A stretch of DNA of 64,000 bases from Eledone cirrhosa (taxonomy: Eukaryota): the NCBI GenBank assembly GCA_964016885.1, contig OZ024756.1, positions 44,392,001 through 44,456,000 on the forward strand, given 5' to 3'. Both the position numbers and the translations under genes were made by a program. The notes under the pieces are model-generated. The model was not told the DNA's origin, ran no database searches, and saw only the letters and a list, made by a program, of their open reading frames with translations. Positions 28,384 through 42,932 of this stretch are shown in pieces (position 1 is the first letter of the stretch; every line of letters begins with the position of its first letter).

Positions 28384-29220
28384 AATATCGACTGTCGGTT
28401 AGATAATCCAGGAAAATTGCCAATCTAAAGAGAATCTCTATTAAACGATTACGTACATAAGTACATTGATTAAAGAGTGGAGGTCGGTGGTGGGTGATAG
28501 GGGAGGTAACTGAAATATCGAGAGGATGACATATAAGGGGAATCCCTACTTAACATTCAAATAAAGTAGTGTGAAGAAAGAAGAAAAGACAAACAACACA
28601 AAAGACAACAAAAACGACGAGATCTGATGTGATTTATTAGTTGATGTAATATACTGTCAGGACGAAAAGAGTGATAGTATATGAAGAAGAGGAAGGAGAA
28701 GAACGATAATGACAATGATAATATCATTTATGTCCAAAACAATAATTTATGAAATGCCATCAACTTTGTTATTTTAGTTTCCTTCCATTTAACACCTTTC
28801 ACTTAGGTCACCTCTTCTCTTCCTGTCATTTCCTTCGTTTGTAAAGACATATATATATATGAGAGAGAGGAGGGGAGATAAATCTATGTGTCTATATATA
28901 TATGAGTGTGTGTGTGAGTATATGTGTACACATACACATGCTTATTGATAAATATATAGATATAGAAATATATACCCCCCCCCCCCACACACACAGACGC
29001 CTTCATGTTTACCTCTTGCCGGGGAGTCATACATCTCCCATTTCCCACATTCATTTTTTTTTTGTCTTCTAAAAAAGCTTCATTTCTCATTTTCACAGAC
29101 GATCAGATAGTACACTTCTCATTTCCTTAATAAGCTTTCCCTCTAATTTGTGTTGACACTCTCTCTCTCTCTGAATAAGTCCGTGTATGTTTTTTTTCTC
29201 ACTTTTTATCTCTAACTATA

Positions 29221-29256
29221 TCTTCTGATGAAGGACTACTATCCGAAACGTTAAAC
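29221..29256 (+). ncRNA. minimal hammerhead in a pLTR-like element (about 29150-29345)
   Basis: TCTT-CTGATGAA-GGA-CTACTA-TCC-GAAACGTT-AA; downstream 100 nt homologous to 49385-49480; ends in (TACA)n. Confidence 0.7.
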
Positions 29257-29742
29257 TCTGTGCCTGTTATGTTAAGCGTTAAACTAATATATTTCTTCAA
29301 TTTACCCTGCCGTTTGCTTTGATATTTCTGTTTACTTTTTAAATACATACATACATATATACATACATATACACACATCTTGATTCGTTCATATATAATG
29401 TTAGCCAACAAAAGAACACTACACACAAAATACAAATGTTCATATACATATAATGAATGTTATACACACACACACTTACATATATATATATAGTATTTCT
29501 TTAGCATAAGCCTGAGGAAATTCTCTTCTTTTCTTTAATATATTTATATTTAACACCTCCTCTCATCACCCCTCAATAATATCCAGAAATATATAAATAA
29601 TAAAAACAACAACAAAATTAAAATCTCAAATGTAAACGCAAACGTTTTATTAATCTTTCTATATTTGAGTATAACTAGGAAGTTAATCGGAAAAAATGAA
29701 ACGAAATTTCATTTCTCACTCTTAGTACGGCTGTTACTTAAA

Positions 29743-29794
<52 letters not shown>

Positions 29795-31136
29795 TACTAC
29801 TGTACGTCTGTATACATATATGTATGTACGTATACATACTTATATGGGAAGTTAATATTTCTTTGAATAATTCTATAATTCCAGTTTTCTTATTTCTGAA
29901 TTCCTAACAGACGAAGAATAGAATTACAAGTTTAAATCTTTAATATGTGTTTTATTTTATATATTTAATTATTTTCTGCTAAATATAAATGGATTATGTT
30001 GAAAAATTATAGACATACTTATTTAAGCGATATACATAATACAGATATTTATGTAATAACTTACTATATATGGTTATGAAATGTGCGTAATGAAAAGAAT
30101 GGTGAAGATGGCGAATGAAAAGAATTGTTAGAATGTTGGATAGAAGGATGATCTACGGTATCCGTTCTGACTCTCAGTTCAAGACCCACTGACGTCAACA
30201 AAGATTCCAAGTCCAGTATTGATGTAGAGCCTTCTATATATATTCCTAACTTCTTAAAGCGTCCGTATGCGGTAGGCCGTTTGAGCACTATATATATAAA
30301 CCATACTCTACTACTCCAAGTATGGAGTACTCCGTTGAATAAAGGTCTAACCATTATCGAATCTCTCTCTCATATATATATAATCAAACACTAGAGAAAG
30401 AGAGCTTGACAACATAAAGAAGAAAAATCAAATGTTTTTTTTTTGGGGGGGGGGGGAGGGTTATAGACGACATGCAACTGTAATTTTGTAGACCACTCTG
30501 TATGTGTAAATGAATACGTAGACATGTCTGTCTGTGTATAACTATAAAGTCAGTATAATCATGTTGCGTGAGTACACAGCAAGTTCAGCTGTTTTACAAG
30601 CTTTCAAATGAAAGCATCTGCTGTTTTTACCTTAGACTTCTATAGTAGAATATACAGACCTATGGCAATGCTTGTGTATGTGTGCTAAATATCTTTATTT
30701 ATGTCAACGTATGCGAAATGTGCTGAATGTTGCTAAATATGTTCACCAGATTCAAATGAGAAGTTGTTTGTATGAACGTGTGAGAGATGCAGATGCGGGC
30801 AAAAACGTATGTTGCCATCTTTACCGTGTATTGTGATTAGAAGTGAATTTCATTTGAAAGATGGTGAAATGCCGATCTGTTTATTAGCGTGTGTGAAATG
30901 GACTATAATATACTATATGACCATTCTGCAATGAGAGTATATTCAGAAAATAAAGGTGAGTATGTCATGTTGGATAAGTGTAGGAATAATGGGATCGTGA
31001 AAATGTGGAAGTGAGAAAACGACGGACGTCACTTGCTGAAGATATTCCATTAACTTGTCTGCTCGGCACTGCTTTATTTAATGAAGATGCTACCAATATG
31101 TTAATTGGGATATTATATATATATATATTATATATA

Positions 31137-31182
<46 letters not shown>

Positions 31183-31626
31183 CGTGATGATTTCTTTTGA
31201 ATGAAACAGTTCTAGATGTTAACACTACTAATGTGTTGAGTACCTCACTAACTGGGGTTACCCCCACCGATTTTCATGTTTCCTCCCATCAGATTAAAAT
31301 AGATTCTGTCTGTAAAATTCGTAATGGTTTAAATTTACTAATGTATCATAAAAATTCTGAATGCCAATGTTAATATCACCAATAGCATTGAAAATATTTT
31401 AAAGATTTAAAATGGAAAAGGCGAGTAAAATTTCTTTTGGAAATCTAAAATCTTTTATGTTTATCAAAAATACAAATCATAGAAATAAGAAGAACGTCAA
31501 AAACCCTGTAGATTGATGAATAATTCTTGAAGTTGTGAAATATCTCTATAGATGGAACGCCTTGGAATCTTCAAAGGAAATATAAGTCATTCCTTTTGAT
31601 TTCTCACATAATTTTATCTCTACATC

Positions 31627-31678
<52 letters not shown>

Positions 31679-31681
<3 letters not shown>

Positions 31682-32020
31682 AAAGTGAGTTGTTTTTTTA
31701 AAATGAAAAATAACCGAGGTGTCCTACACGAGTGAAAGTATAAAGAAAAAAAGATGAAAAATCGAAAATGCAACTGGAGTCTTATTTTTTTTAAAATATA
31801 TATATTTATTTGGTTCCTTTACCGGTTTCGCAGTTCTTCTGCTTTTCAAAAGTAGAATTGAGATGGAGGGTCTGTGAGATAAACCACAGACCCTCGATCT
31901 CAACTCTACTTTTGAAAAGCAGAAGAACTGCGAAACCGGTAAAGGAACCAAATAAATATATATATATTTTTTTAAATAAGACTCCAGGTGCATTTTCGAT
32001 TTCATCTTTTTTCTTTATAT
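31679..32020. mobile_element. head-to-head fold-back element between two (TA)n runs, with a variant hammerhead
   Basis: Arms about 31740-31876 / 31885-32020; CTT-TTGAAAA-GCAG-AAGAA-CTGC-GAAAC-CG-GTA-AAG in both arms. Confidence 0.85.
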
Positions 32021-32181
32021 ATATATATATATATATATTTGTGTATGAGTGTGGATATGTATATACATATATATGTGTGTGTGTGCGCGTGTGTGTGCGT
32101 CTGTGTGTGTGGAGATACCATTTTAGTAAACACTGTCTGCGTGTTCATCAATCTGTTTATGTGAATGTTCATATAACTCTT

Positions 32182-32212
<31 letters not shown>

Positions 32213-32961
32213 CTATATATATATATGTCTATGTGTACATATGTTTGTTATTCTCCAAATACACACAGATACACACGTGACTCTTTATATCTGTTTGTCT
32301 CTCTCTATATTTATATCTGCAATCGGAAATAAAGTCAACGAATAAATCAACGGTTTCCATCACCAGTGTATATAATGTTATCACATCATCTTGTATTTAC
32401 TTGTATGTAAGTGCATATATATGTGACAGATGCATGCGCCTTTGTCACAAGCTCTTGTATACCTATGATAGATGTATGTGCCTCAACCACCATCTGTTGT
32501 GTGCTTAGACGTGTATAGTATGACATACTTCCATTAGGCCAGTGACAGATAAAGAGAAAATAAATTATAATTAAAGATCTATACATTAACAGTACAAAAT
32601 GGCTTCAAGTCTTTACTTACGTTGTAATTTCTATTATCAAATTTACCTTTTATCCTCTGAGATCGATAAAATATAGTATCAGTAGTCTTCTGGGGGCAAC
32701 TTAATCAACTGATTTTTTTTTTACTCCTCTAAAATGTGTTTCCTTGCGACAATTTTAGAAATAAATATTTGAATTGGGAACGGGGTGAAGTACAGGAATA
32801 TTTGCGATCACAGAACACAAAATGGTGGCCATGTTTACTTAATATCAACTATGGAACTTATTTCAGTCTTGTATTTAATGATCTATATTTTAGCCTGTGG
32901 CTGACTTGCTTATTTGTCACTACACAGTGCGTGCTTTTTAGTGTCCGCCTTATATGCACTA

Positions 32962-32995
32962 GTACAGAAGACGACTTGGAGAAACGGTCCTGTAC
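32962..32995 (+). ncRNA. degenerate hammerhead motif
   Basis: GTACAG-(CTG lost)AAGA-CGACTTGGA-GAAAC-G-GTC-CTGTAC: 6-bp helix I and a GUC triplet. Confidence 0.45.
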
Positions 32996-33076
32996 ATACG
33001 TGTATGTATGCAAACACACTAGATATATACGTACATATGATATACATACAAAACACAGACACACTGACACTCACTC

Positions 33077-33116
<40 letters not shown>

Positions 33117-33137
33117 TGAGAGAGATGCATATATATA

Positions 33138-33194
<57 letters not shown>

Positions 33195-33196
<2 letters not shown>

Positions 33197-33465
33197 TCAG
33201 TTCGATATTTGTACTTTGCCTTACATATGGTCATGAATCTTGTTTAATGACAGAAATGATACGATGGCGAATACAAGCGGCCGAGATGGGGCTCCTCTGA
33301 ACAGTCTCTACAGTAACATCACTCTATAAGATGCGTATCTCGGAGATCAGAGAGTCGCTTCAGCTAGGACCGTTTTTCATCCGAATCCAGAGACTACAGC
33401 TCCGATACAACAATCATGTGGTTAGAATGACTAAGGAAAGAATTGCTGAACAAATTTCATGGTCT
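33195..33465 (+). pseudogene. RTE-clade (Rex3/Expander-like) LINE fragment
   Basis: [32 protein letters not shown]...IRESLQLGPFFIRIQRLQLRYNNHVVRM. Confidence 0.8.
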
Positions 33466-34507
33466 CTCTTGGAGATCCTTATCAATTTCAGACGGGGTGG
33501 TGCTTCTGATAAGACCCTTTGGAAGGTATGTCCACAACCCTCCCCAGAAATAAGTGGGCCAAGAAGAAGTCACCAACTTCACTATTGTATTTCGATATGA
33601 TGACACTCAACAAATCAAAGTTGGTCGATAGTTGGGACTTCAGAGTGAGTCATCTGATGTCGTTGAGTCATTATTTCATTTGTTAGTCTTGCTTGATGTT
33701 ACTTATGTCAGACTGTTTAATAATGTCTCTTTAGCAGATGGGAAATTACAAATACTAAATATACTGTTAGGACAAGAGGGGAAAATTGAAAATAAACATA
33801 CACACATACATATGCACACATACATACATACATACATACATACATACATACATACATACATACATACATACATACATACATACATACATACATACAAACA
33901 TACCTACATACAAGTGCCCTTTGGAAATCTAACAGAAATCGTCTGCTTTGATCAATATATTTAAGTAACTGATGTAGAAAAACTATAACATTTAATTATG
34001 ATTATCAATAAATGTAGCAGAGAATAAATAAATATGTATCTATTTATAATATTTCACCTATTGATTTCTAGCATTAAGGTCATTCAGCTACAAAGACACC
34101 ATTAGATGTTCGATGGCCAAAGTGGAAATGTCAGTGTTTCTATTCATTTTTACTTGCTTCTTAGTTTGTTTTTATTACTGCACGAACAATTAAATAATTA
34201 CTAGCGATATAGTGAGGTCAATTCAATAGAACATGGCCCACACACACAAATACAGACACATACGCACACACAAGACAGACACAAACATATACACAAACTC
34301 ACTTACACGTACACACACAACATTCACATATACATAAACACAGAACCTCTGACCTTAAGACTAATTATGAGCATCACATGTGACTCTTCTGCAACTAAAC
34401 CTAAATAGAAGTTCAGAAACGTACTAAGTTGTTTACAACCTTTAGTTTCAGGTCTTTAGTCTCTGACCCGAGGTCAACATTCATCGTATTTCATTATTAT
34501 TATTAAA

Positions 34508-35168
34508 GGCGGTGGATAGGCAGTATCGGTAGAGGGTCGGACGCCATGCTTTGACGCACAGAGTTACAGCCCTTGCCATTCTGAGTTCAAATCCCGCCGA
34601 GGTTAACTTTGCCTTTCATCCTTACGGGGTCGATAAAATAAAGTACCAGTAATACACTGGGTAATTGCTGGCCTTGTGCCTAACGTAGAAACAATTATTA
34701 TTAAAGGCGGTGGATTGGCAGTAGCGGTAGAGGGTCGGATGCAATGCTTTGAAGCATAGAGTTACCTCCCTGTATGATCTGAGTTCAAATCCCGCCGAGG
34801 TTAACTTTGCCTTTCATCCTACCGGGGTCGATAGAATAAAGTACCAGTAATGCACTGGGTATTTGCTGGCCTTGTGCCAAAAGTAGAAACAATTATTATT
34901 ATTACAAGGTGGTGGATTGGCAGTATCGGTAGAGGGTCCGACGCCATGCTTTGACGCATAGAGTTACCTCCCTGTATGATCTGAGTTCAAATCCCGCCGA
35001 GGTTAACTTTGCCTTTCATCCTTACGGGGTCGATAAAATAAAGTACCAGTAATGCACTGGGTAATTGCTGGCCTTGTGCCTAAAGTAGAAACAATTATTA
35101 CAAGGGCGGTGGATTAGCAATATCGGAAGAACGTCGAACATGCTTTATGGCATAGAGTTGCGTCCCTA
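34508..35168 (+). mobile_element. head-to-tail array of SINE family A (3 full copies and 1 partial)
   Basis: Heads at 34508, 34706, 34908 and 35105 separated by (ATT)n tails. Confidence 0.93.
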
Positions 35169-35479
35169 ATATATAGTTTCAGAAGATCCCGTTAAGAGTG
35201 AAAGCAGCGATTTTTTGCTTAAACTTTAATCCGTTATTTTACAGAGAGAGGGAGATACCATTGTAGTGCTGCAACGAATGTGTTGGTTGCAGTTAAGTAA
35301 AAAGTGAGTTGAGTAACTGAAGAGCTTGTTTCTTTCAGTTTTATATATTATATATATTATATTTATTATATATTATATATCGTAACTTTAGAAAATTTTA
35401 ATTAAACTCAGCTCTTCGATCGCTCTAAAAGTGCAAGAGCAAACAACAGTATTTTATCAATTACATACTGAAATGTGTA

Positions 35480-36140
35480 TATGTGTGGTGTGTGGTGTGC
35501 GTGGTGTGTGTGGTGTGCGTGGTGTGTGTGGTGTGTGGGTGTATGGGTGGGTGTGGTGTGTGTGGTGTGTGTGTGGTGTGTGTGTGGTGTGTTTGGTGTG
35601 TGTGTTGTGTGTGTGTGTTGTGTGTGTGTGGTGTGTGGTGTGTGGCGTGTGGCGTGTAGCGTGTGGCGTGTGTGGTGTGTGTGGTGTGTGTGGTGTGTGT
35701 GTGGTGTGTGTGTGGTGTGTGGTGTGTGGTGTGTGGTGTGTGTGGTGTGTGTGGTGTGTGTGTGGTGTGTGTGTGGTGTGTGGTGTGTGGTGTGTGTGTG
35801 GTGTGTGTGTGTGTGGTGTGTGTGTGTGGTGTGTGGTGTGTGTGTGGTGTGTGTGGTGTGTGTGGTGTGTGGTGTGTGTGGTGTGTGTGGTGTATGTGTG
35901 GTGTGTGTGTGGTGTGTGGTGTGTGTGTGGTGTGTGGTGTGTGTGGTGTGTGTGTGGTGTGTGGTGTGTGGTGTGTGTGTGGTGTGTGGTGTGTGTGGTG
36001 TGTGTGTGGTGTGTGGTGTGTGGTGTGTGTGGTGTGTGTGGTGTGTGGTGTGTGTGATGTGTGTGGTGTGTGTGGTGTGTGTGTGGTGTGTGTGTGGTGT
36101 GTGGTGTGTGTGTGGTGTGTGGTGTGTGTGGTGTGTGTGC
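35480..36140. repeat. complex (GT)n/GGT satellite
   Basis: Read directly. Confidence 0.95.
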
Positions 36141-36244
36141 ATATACATTCATTTACACATAATCAATTATAAGTAAATGAGAGAAAGAGGTAAAAAGGGA
36201 AATAGAGCAAAAGGGAGGTGGCGAGAGAGAGGGGGAGAGAGGGT

Positions 36245-36415
36245 TCAGAGGGAAGGACAGAGAGTAATAGAAAGGGAGAGGTTGAGAGGGAAGGACAGAG
36301 AGTAATAGAAAGGGAGAGGTTGAGAGGGAAGGACAGAGAGTAATAGAAAGGCAAAGAGTAAGAGAGAAGGACAGAGAGTAATAGAAAGGAAGAGAGAAGG
36401 ACAGAGAATAGTAAG
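36245..36415. repeat. purine-rich minisatellite of about 36 bp
   Basis: GAAGGACAGAGAGTAATAGAAAGG repeated 4-5 times. Confidence 0.85.
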
Positions 36416-36554
36416 AGAGATAAAAGAAGACGTCGATAAAATATTACTTGAAGACAAACAACGTTTTTAACTCTCAAGTGAAAATCATTCATGTAATTTG
36501 TTTAGTTTTGTTGTGTATATAAAGAGTGTGTTGTCCATGTTGTTGACTGCTACT

Positions 36555-36848
36555 CATGATGATGATGATGGCAATTGTGGTGGTGGTGGCGATGATTGTG
36601 GTGGTGGTGGTGATGGCAATGATAGTGGTGGTGGTGGTGGTGATGGCAATGATAGTGGTGGTGGTGAGGATGGCAATGATTGTGGTAGTGGTGGTGATGA
36701 TGGCATGATTGTGGTGGTGGTGGTGGTGATGGCAATGATTGTGGTGGTGGTGGTGGTGAGAATGACAATGATTGTGGTGGTGGTGGTGGTGATGGCAATG
36801 ATTGTGGTGGTGGTGGTGATGGCAACGATTGTGGTGGTGGTGGTGGTG
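36555..36848. repeat. GATGGCAATGATT(GTG)n minisatellite
   Basis: Units of about 30-33 bp, read directly. Confidence 0.9.
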
Positions 36849-37218
36849 CTATACAGCAAGTTTTTTCTTGCTGCTGTGATTGTTTCGTACCAGGAAACAG
36901 CTCCAGGATGAGAAATTGAAACAAACGGCAATATTTTAAATTGTTTCACAGACCAAAACATGCATACAGCATCACATGTACACCTGCTCATATATACACA
37001 TACACACACATACACACACATACACACACATACACACACATGCAGTTACTTGCATAAACACACACATCCAGACAGACTCAGGTGGGATGTGTATAACACG
37101 TGATTTTGTTCATCATCTGCTGACTTACATATATATATGCACACACACAATACCATATTTATATATGTATAAACATAATATATACAAACATATATACAAC
37201 AAATACACGCACACACAC

Positions 37219-37297
<79 letters not shown>

Positions 37298-38789
37298 ACG
37301 ATTTTTATAATTAGAACATATATAGGCTATAATACGTGATATAAGAAGCCAAAAAGTAATGTTAAATATATCCACATTAAACCCATATTAAAATAAGCCA
37401 TTAATATTAATGAAAGTTAGAAAGTAAGAGGGAGTGCATGAAACATTAAATTGATTAAAAGTTTATCGTATGCAGTGGTGAGTTTGGGCGATTTCTGGGA
37501 AATGGTTTGGAAATTCCAAAAATACGTTAGCCTCATTTAACTTCCTTCCTCGTCGAAGCACGTATCCACGTGTATTTACCAGTTCAGTAAATAATATTTA
37601 GATAGTGTAGCATTTTCTTGGCGGAGAGAATCCCTGGCAGCCGGAACAAGTGAATGGCTCTCACAGAAACAACCTGTTATTAGTTACCATTGTTGGTTTT
37701 AGCAATTTAAATTGATACTCTACTTTATAGTATTGAGTACCTTCTCTTTTGTTCGATTCTACGAATAGCATAAGACCATTTAATATATCACATTTAATAT
37801 ATCATATCACTTTTACTATACAATTCGTGTGATATTATATTTAAGTTTTTATTGCATCTTTTGTTTATTTTGAAGTATATTAACCTGCAAAGAAGAAGAA
37901 TGGCAGGAGGTTAAAGAATGGTGAATGTTTCTGTGAGAGACAAGACAAATGATAGCTTCTGTTGCAATACACTAAAGTGCAGCTAATCAGAAGCAATCAA
38001 ACTTTGACAATCCAATTTCCTGCAACTTATGATTCAGACAGAAACTATTACGTGACATGGAAGCAACGAATTTCTTTTTCTGACAACTTGTAAGGAAATA
38101 TTTCTCCCTTTATATAGTTTTATGTACAGTTGTTGCAGGCGAAAACATTGCGGCTATGTATGTGTGTGAATTGTTTGTTTTTTGTGTGTATTGTGGGTAT
38201 GTATTTTCTGTGTATATTGGGAGGTTGTATGTTGTATTTATGTAAGTGTATTGTGAGGATGTATCGTATGTTTTGTGAGCGTTGTTTTGGGTATTAATAT
38301 TGAGTTGTGGGTTGGTAGAATCGGTAGAGCGTCAGATAAAATGGTTTGTGGTATTTAGTTACGAATTCCTACCTTGTGTATGTGAGTGTATCTGTAGTAT
38401 GAGTAATATGAAATGCATCTATGTCAGTTCAGGTTTGTGTGTGTGTATACTATATATATATATATATATATATATATCGACCACTTTGTTTGATATATAT
38501 ACTTTCTTTATTAATTTTCGAACACCCTGTATTTTGAGAGAATTTCTACTTTTCTCTTAGCGTGAGCTTAATAAGAAATATCTAAATGTCTATCAGAGTG
38601 TATGAATATACCTTTTTATCTTCCTCACGATATCAAGGCAGTTCGTTAGATCTCCTTATCATTTTAGACAGTAACCTCTCAAGCCATCACAAACTTGTCA
38701 TTGTAACGAACCAGGATTGATGCGTTCTTGTATCCTTGCTTTTATTATTCTTATATTTATTCCCGTGTGGAGGGTAAAAATAAGAGGAA

Positions 38790-39090
38790 TGCTTTGCAAA
38801 ATTTCTTTCGGCTCTCTGCACTCTGAGTTCAAATCCAGCTAAAGTCAACTTTGCCTTTCATCCTTACAGGGTCGATAAAATAAGACACCAGTAACGCACT
38901 GGGTCGATGTAATCGACTTCCCCCACCCCAAACCCAAAATTGTTGGCTTTGTGCTTAAATCAGAAACTATTATTTTCTCAAATCCCGCCGAGGTTAACTT
39001 TGCCTTTCATCCTTCCGGGGTCGATAGAATAAAGTACCAGTAATGCATTGGATAATTGCTGGCCTTGTGCCAAAAGTAGAAACAATTATT
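38790..39090 (+). mobile_element. two adjacent SINE family A copies (second one 5'-truncated)
   Basis: Body motif GCCTTTCATCCTT..GGGTCGATA at about 38853 and 39002. Confidence 0.85.
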
Positions 39091-41554
39091 TTCAGCTTTG
39101 ATGTGGAGGCGTCTGCTTAATGAGTATTAACTGGTCACCCGTAACACTTAGTAAGGACGGAACAGCTGGAATAGCACAGTTGTTCTTTGCCAATTGATTT
39201 CGTAGTTTATAATTCATATTAATCTCTGGGTTTGTTATTTTAGGAATTCTTTTCTGTAGCTAGGTATTGAACCTGGGCAGCTAAGACCAGACATTCCTGT
39301 TTAACTTTTAGTCCAGAGATTCTAAGTGGTGAATTTCATATTGGCTCACTTGTTTGTAGTTTAACAGGATAAATGTTGTTTCTCCAACAAACATCTATTA
39401 TTTGCTTACCTTTACTGTAGTTTTGTCCTTATCTAAATCTTTTTTTCTCATGTGTTGTCCTTATCTAAATCAATCTTTTTCTTCGGCCACTTAACATTTC
39501 CTTTATAGCTTTTATTTACTTAGATATAAAGAAAACATTTTCTTTATTATCCTCCTTTTTATATTAATGAGTCTACGTTGGTTTGTTTCTAATTATTCCC
39601 TTAAACCATTCTGGTAAAAGTTTTGAATTATTTTCCAGTGGTGTATATATATATATCCTATCTATATCATATATACGTATACATAAAATGGTGAATGTTG
39701 GTTTTCGGAATGTGGAAAGTAGTTGTCTGTTTTCTTATCTGTGTAACTTAAACATTTCAAATAATATTGAAGGTGCACTTTATGACTTCAATGGTGGTTA
39801 ATGTATTTATAACTATTATCTTATTTCTACCACAGAAGTTGGTTTTTAATGGCTTGTAATGTCTTCATTTCTCTATGTTGTGTCTTATCAGTTTCATCCA
39901 CTAAGTGCTTGTATATATGTCTGATTTCGTTTTAAGTCCTTGGTTTCAATGTCTTAATCTAAATTAATTCTTAATTTCCTTTTCTTAAAATAGATTTCGC
40001 ACAATGTTCTCTACCTATACCCATATATGTATCCATTTATACATCAGAACGAACTCCAAAGAGACTTGTTCATAAGTTATCCAGATAGGTGCTGCCTGGT
40101 GTATATATTTTAAAGTTATTTATATATACATGAGGGTTTATATGTCTATAGCTTTTATCATTGGTATTTGATAAAATCGACATAAGGGTGTCACAGTCAG
40201 GAAATAGACTAGATTAGCACAAGGGATCTCATTTGAGCATTCTTCTACTTATAGAATAAAAAGAGAAATGTAGTCCTCTGTGAAAGATCATGGAAACAAA
40301 ATATACAATATACAATACAATATAGATGTACTATAAACAAGAACAGGGAGGGAAAACACAGAGACATCCGTGATAGAGGAAGTATGGTCCAGTATAACTA
40401 GAGTAGTGTTTACCTAGTCAATCAGGACTGCCATAAACTGGAAGACTACAAGAGATATCAAAGTCCACGATTTCTGGTTAAATTGCATCCTATATTATTC
40501 TATCCTCGCATCAGTCCTTCATAGTCAACCTATGAACTGTTCATTTGACCTTAACAGTCTAACCATATAATTGAAAATCTAATTATTCGATTAGCCAAAC
40601 AACCATAAAAAAATCAAGCCATCTGCCATCTACATAAGCAAACTTCTAACAGGTCAACAAACGAACCAAATTATACAACAAATCAACCAACCACTAAACT
40701 ACTCAATCAACCAACCAACCTAACTATATTCTCCAGTACCAAACTACCTGACAGTCATTATTCAGTCTCCCAGACAAATGTCTCACGATATATTATCTGT
40801 AAATGAAATTACTGTAAATTAGTTGACAGACATTTACCGAAGAGACATCCATCCTGTCTTTAATCAGCTTCTGCTATCTATTTTTCTCTCTTTCTTTCCG
40901 AATTTTTTCCTTTCTTTTTTCTCTTCTTTGTTTGTAAATATCTTATTCTTTCCTTTCCTCTTTTATTTCTTTCATTCTCGCTCTTTTCTTTCCTACCCTC
41001 TTTCTTTTCTTCCTTTTTTCTTTCATCTCTGCCCTTTTTTTTATTCCTTTTCACCTTCATGCTTTCATTCTCTTTTTTCTTTCGATCATGTCCTCGTTCT
41101 TCTTCTTACTAACTTCTTTCTCCATAAATATATCTATTATGTTTTTTGTCCGTCTTTCATGTTTTTTCTTTCCTTTCTTGTCCCCCCCCCCCCCGGGCAT
41201 GAAATATAGTAAAGATGACAATAGGCAAGTTCTCCTTCACGTATATCATATAGTAGGGTTTCAAGGTCAAGTAGGCTTTCAAAGTCAAGTAATCTTTAAA
41301 GTTCAACATGTGAACTTCAAAGTTTAAACGACTTTTAAAATGGCGTTTATGTTTCTTTTAAAGATTTTTGAAGTAACGAGTGAAATAAATGCATAAATGA
41401 AAAGACATTTGAAAAGACAAAAGTAAAAATAAAAAGTATTAAGAATTTCTAATTTTAATGGAATATTAATATCCTCTCTTTTATATTGTTTGTCTGTTCT
41501 TTTTGTTATTGGGATTCTTTTCCTTCAGGCATTTTATAGGAGAGTATTGGAGAC

Positions 41555-41735
41555 GGTAGTGGTAGTGGTGGTGATGGTGGTGGTGGTGTGGTCGTGGTGT
41601 GGTCGTGGTGTGGTCGTGATGGTGATGATGATGATGGTGGTGGTGGTGGTGGTGGTGGTGATAGTGGTGGTGGAGGTGGTGGTGGTGGTGATGATGATGG
41701 TGGAGGTGGTGGTGGTGGTGATGTTTTGGTGGTGA
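41555..41735. repeat. (GGT)n/(GAT)n low-complexity repeat
   Basis: Read directly. Confidence 0.9.
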
Positions 41736-42698
41736 TATAGAGGAATAATTATAGTGAGAAACGTGAGTTTGGGGAGGTTGATGTGGTGGGGAGTATGCCA
41801 TTAGAGAAAGGTATGAAAAGGAAACTTTAATGTAAGGGAAACCTGAAAAAGTTGGTCAGAGCTTCTCAAAAGTGTTTATCTTCAGCATGATCAAGGGCGT
41901 CCACCACACGGTCTCTATCACCATGCCCACCTACCTATCCTTCCCAAGGAAGGCGGCGAGGCAATCTTCCAAATGAAAGCAGCTGGATAGCCGGATTGGT
42001 CCTACACTTAACAGCAAATGTTAGAGACCCACAAGTCAGAGATATCCGGACACTTCACGAGTGCAGGACGCTTTCGTCGCCCTGCACACATCTTGAACAG
42101 GCTCAGGTGGCTGCATGTCCATACCTGTAGAGGTCATCTGGAACTGGCAATAGTCCAAGGGTCAGACCAGGGATTTCTGGAATTTCACAACTCTGTATGT
42201 CCATCAGAAGCCACCAAAATCCAACTATTAACATCCTGTATAATAGGAAATAGCAGTAAAGTATAAAACAGGAATATGACTGCATCACGTGAAACATTAA
42301 AGTCTTTACCCTAGCGCTCTTTATTCTCACAATGATCTATTCAGTAGTAAAGATACTATACACATTTGAATTAAGCAGCCGACATCTACATATGTTCTAC
42401 TAAATCTTTACAAGCTGACTTAATGTTGTGTCGCTTCAACATGAATAATTTATGCCATTTATCCGAAAATGAATACAATGAATTATGTATTCAAAATTCA
42501 CACCGTATTTCTTTCTTATCAGTATATAGCTTCCATTAACAGATAACACAGTGTTACGATCTGCTTCTCATACATTAAAAAATACGCACGCGCATGCATG
42601 TATAATCGGGGGGATATACCAACTAATTACTGATGCGTGTGCAAATATAAGCGTGTAAATATATAATTTATATACATATATTATCAATTAACTGCTGA

Positions 42699-42738
<40 letters not shown>

Positions 42739-42897
42739 AGGAGGTTATAGTTCACTTGAAGCATTGTGTAATGAGGTATAAACGTTTGTATATGTATAAT
42801 AAAGCCAAAACAATGCAGGTATGGACATAGAATAAAGAATGCAAATGCAAAAGATATTGTTGACAATTAGTCTTTTACCTTAGATTTATTTAAATGT

Positions 42898-42932
42898 CCT
42901 TAATTTTCGAGATACTATCTCTTCTTCAGAGG
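42898..42932 (-). ncRNA. minimal hammerhead ribozyme
   Basis: Minus strand CCT-CTGAAGAA-GAGA-TAGTA-TCTC-GAAAA-TTA-AGG; the element runs to (TA)n at about 42735. Confidence 0.7.

Noticed and set aside
34508-35168. CRISPR-like or tRNA gene array
   Set aside because: The units are whole SINE copies with no unique spacers, and the heads do not form complete tRNA cloverleaves.
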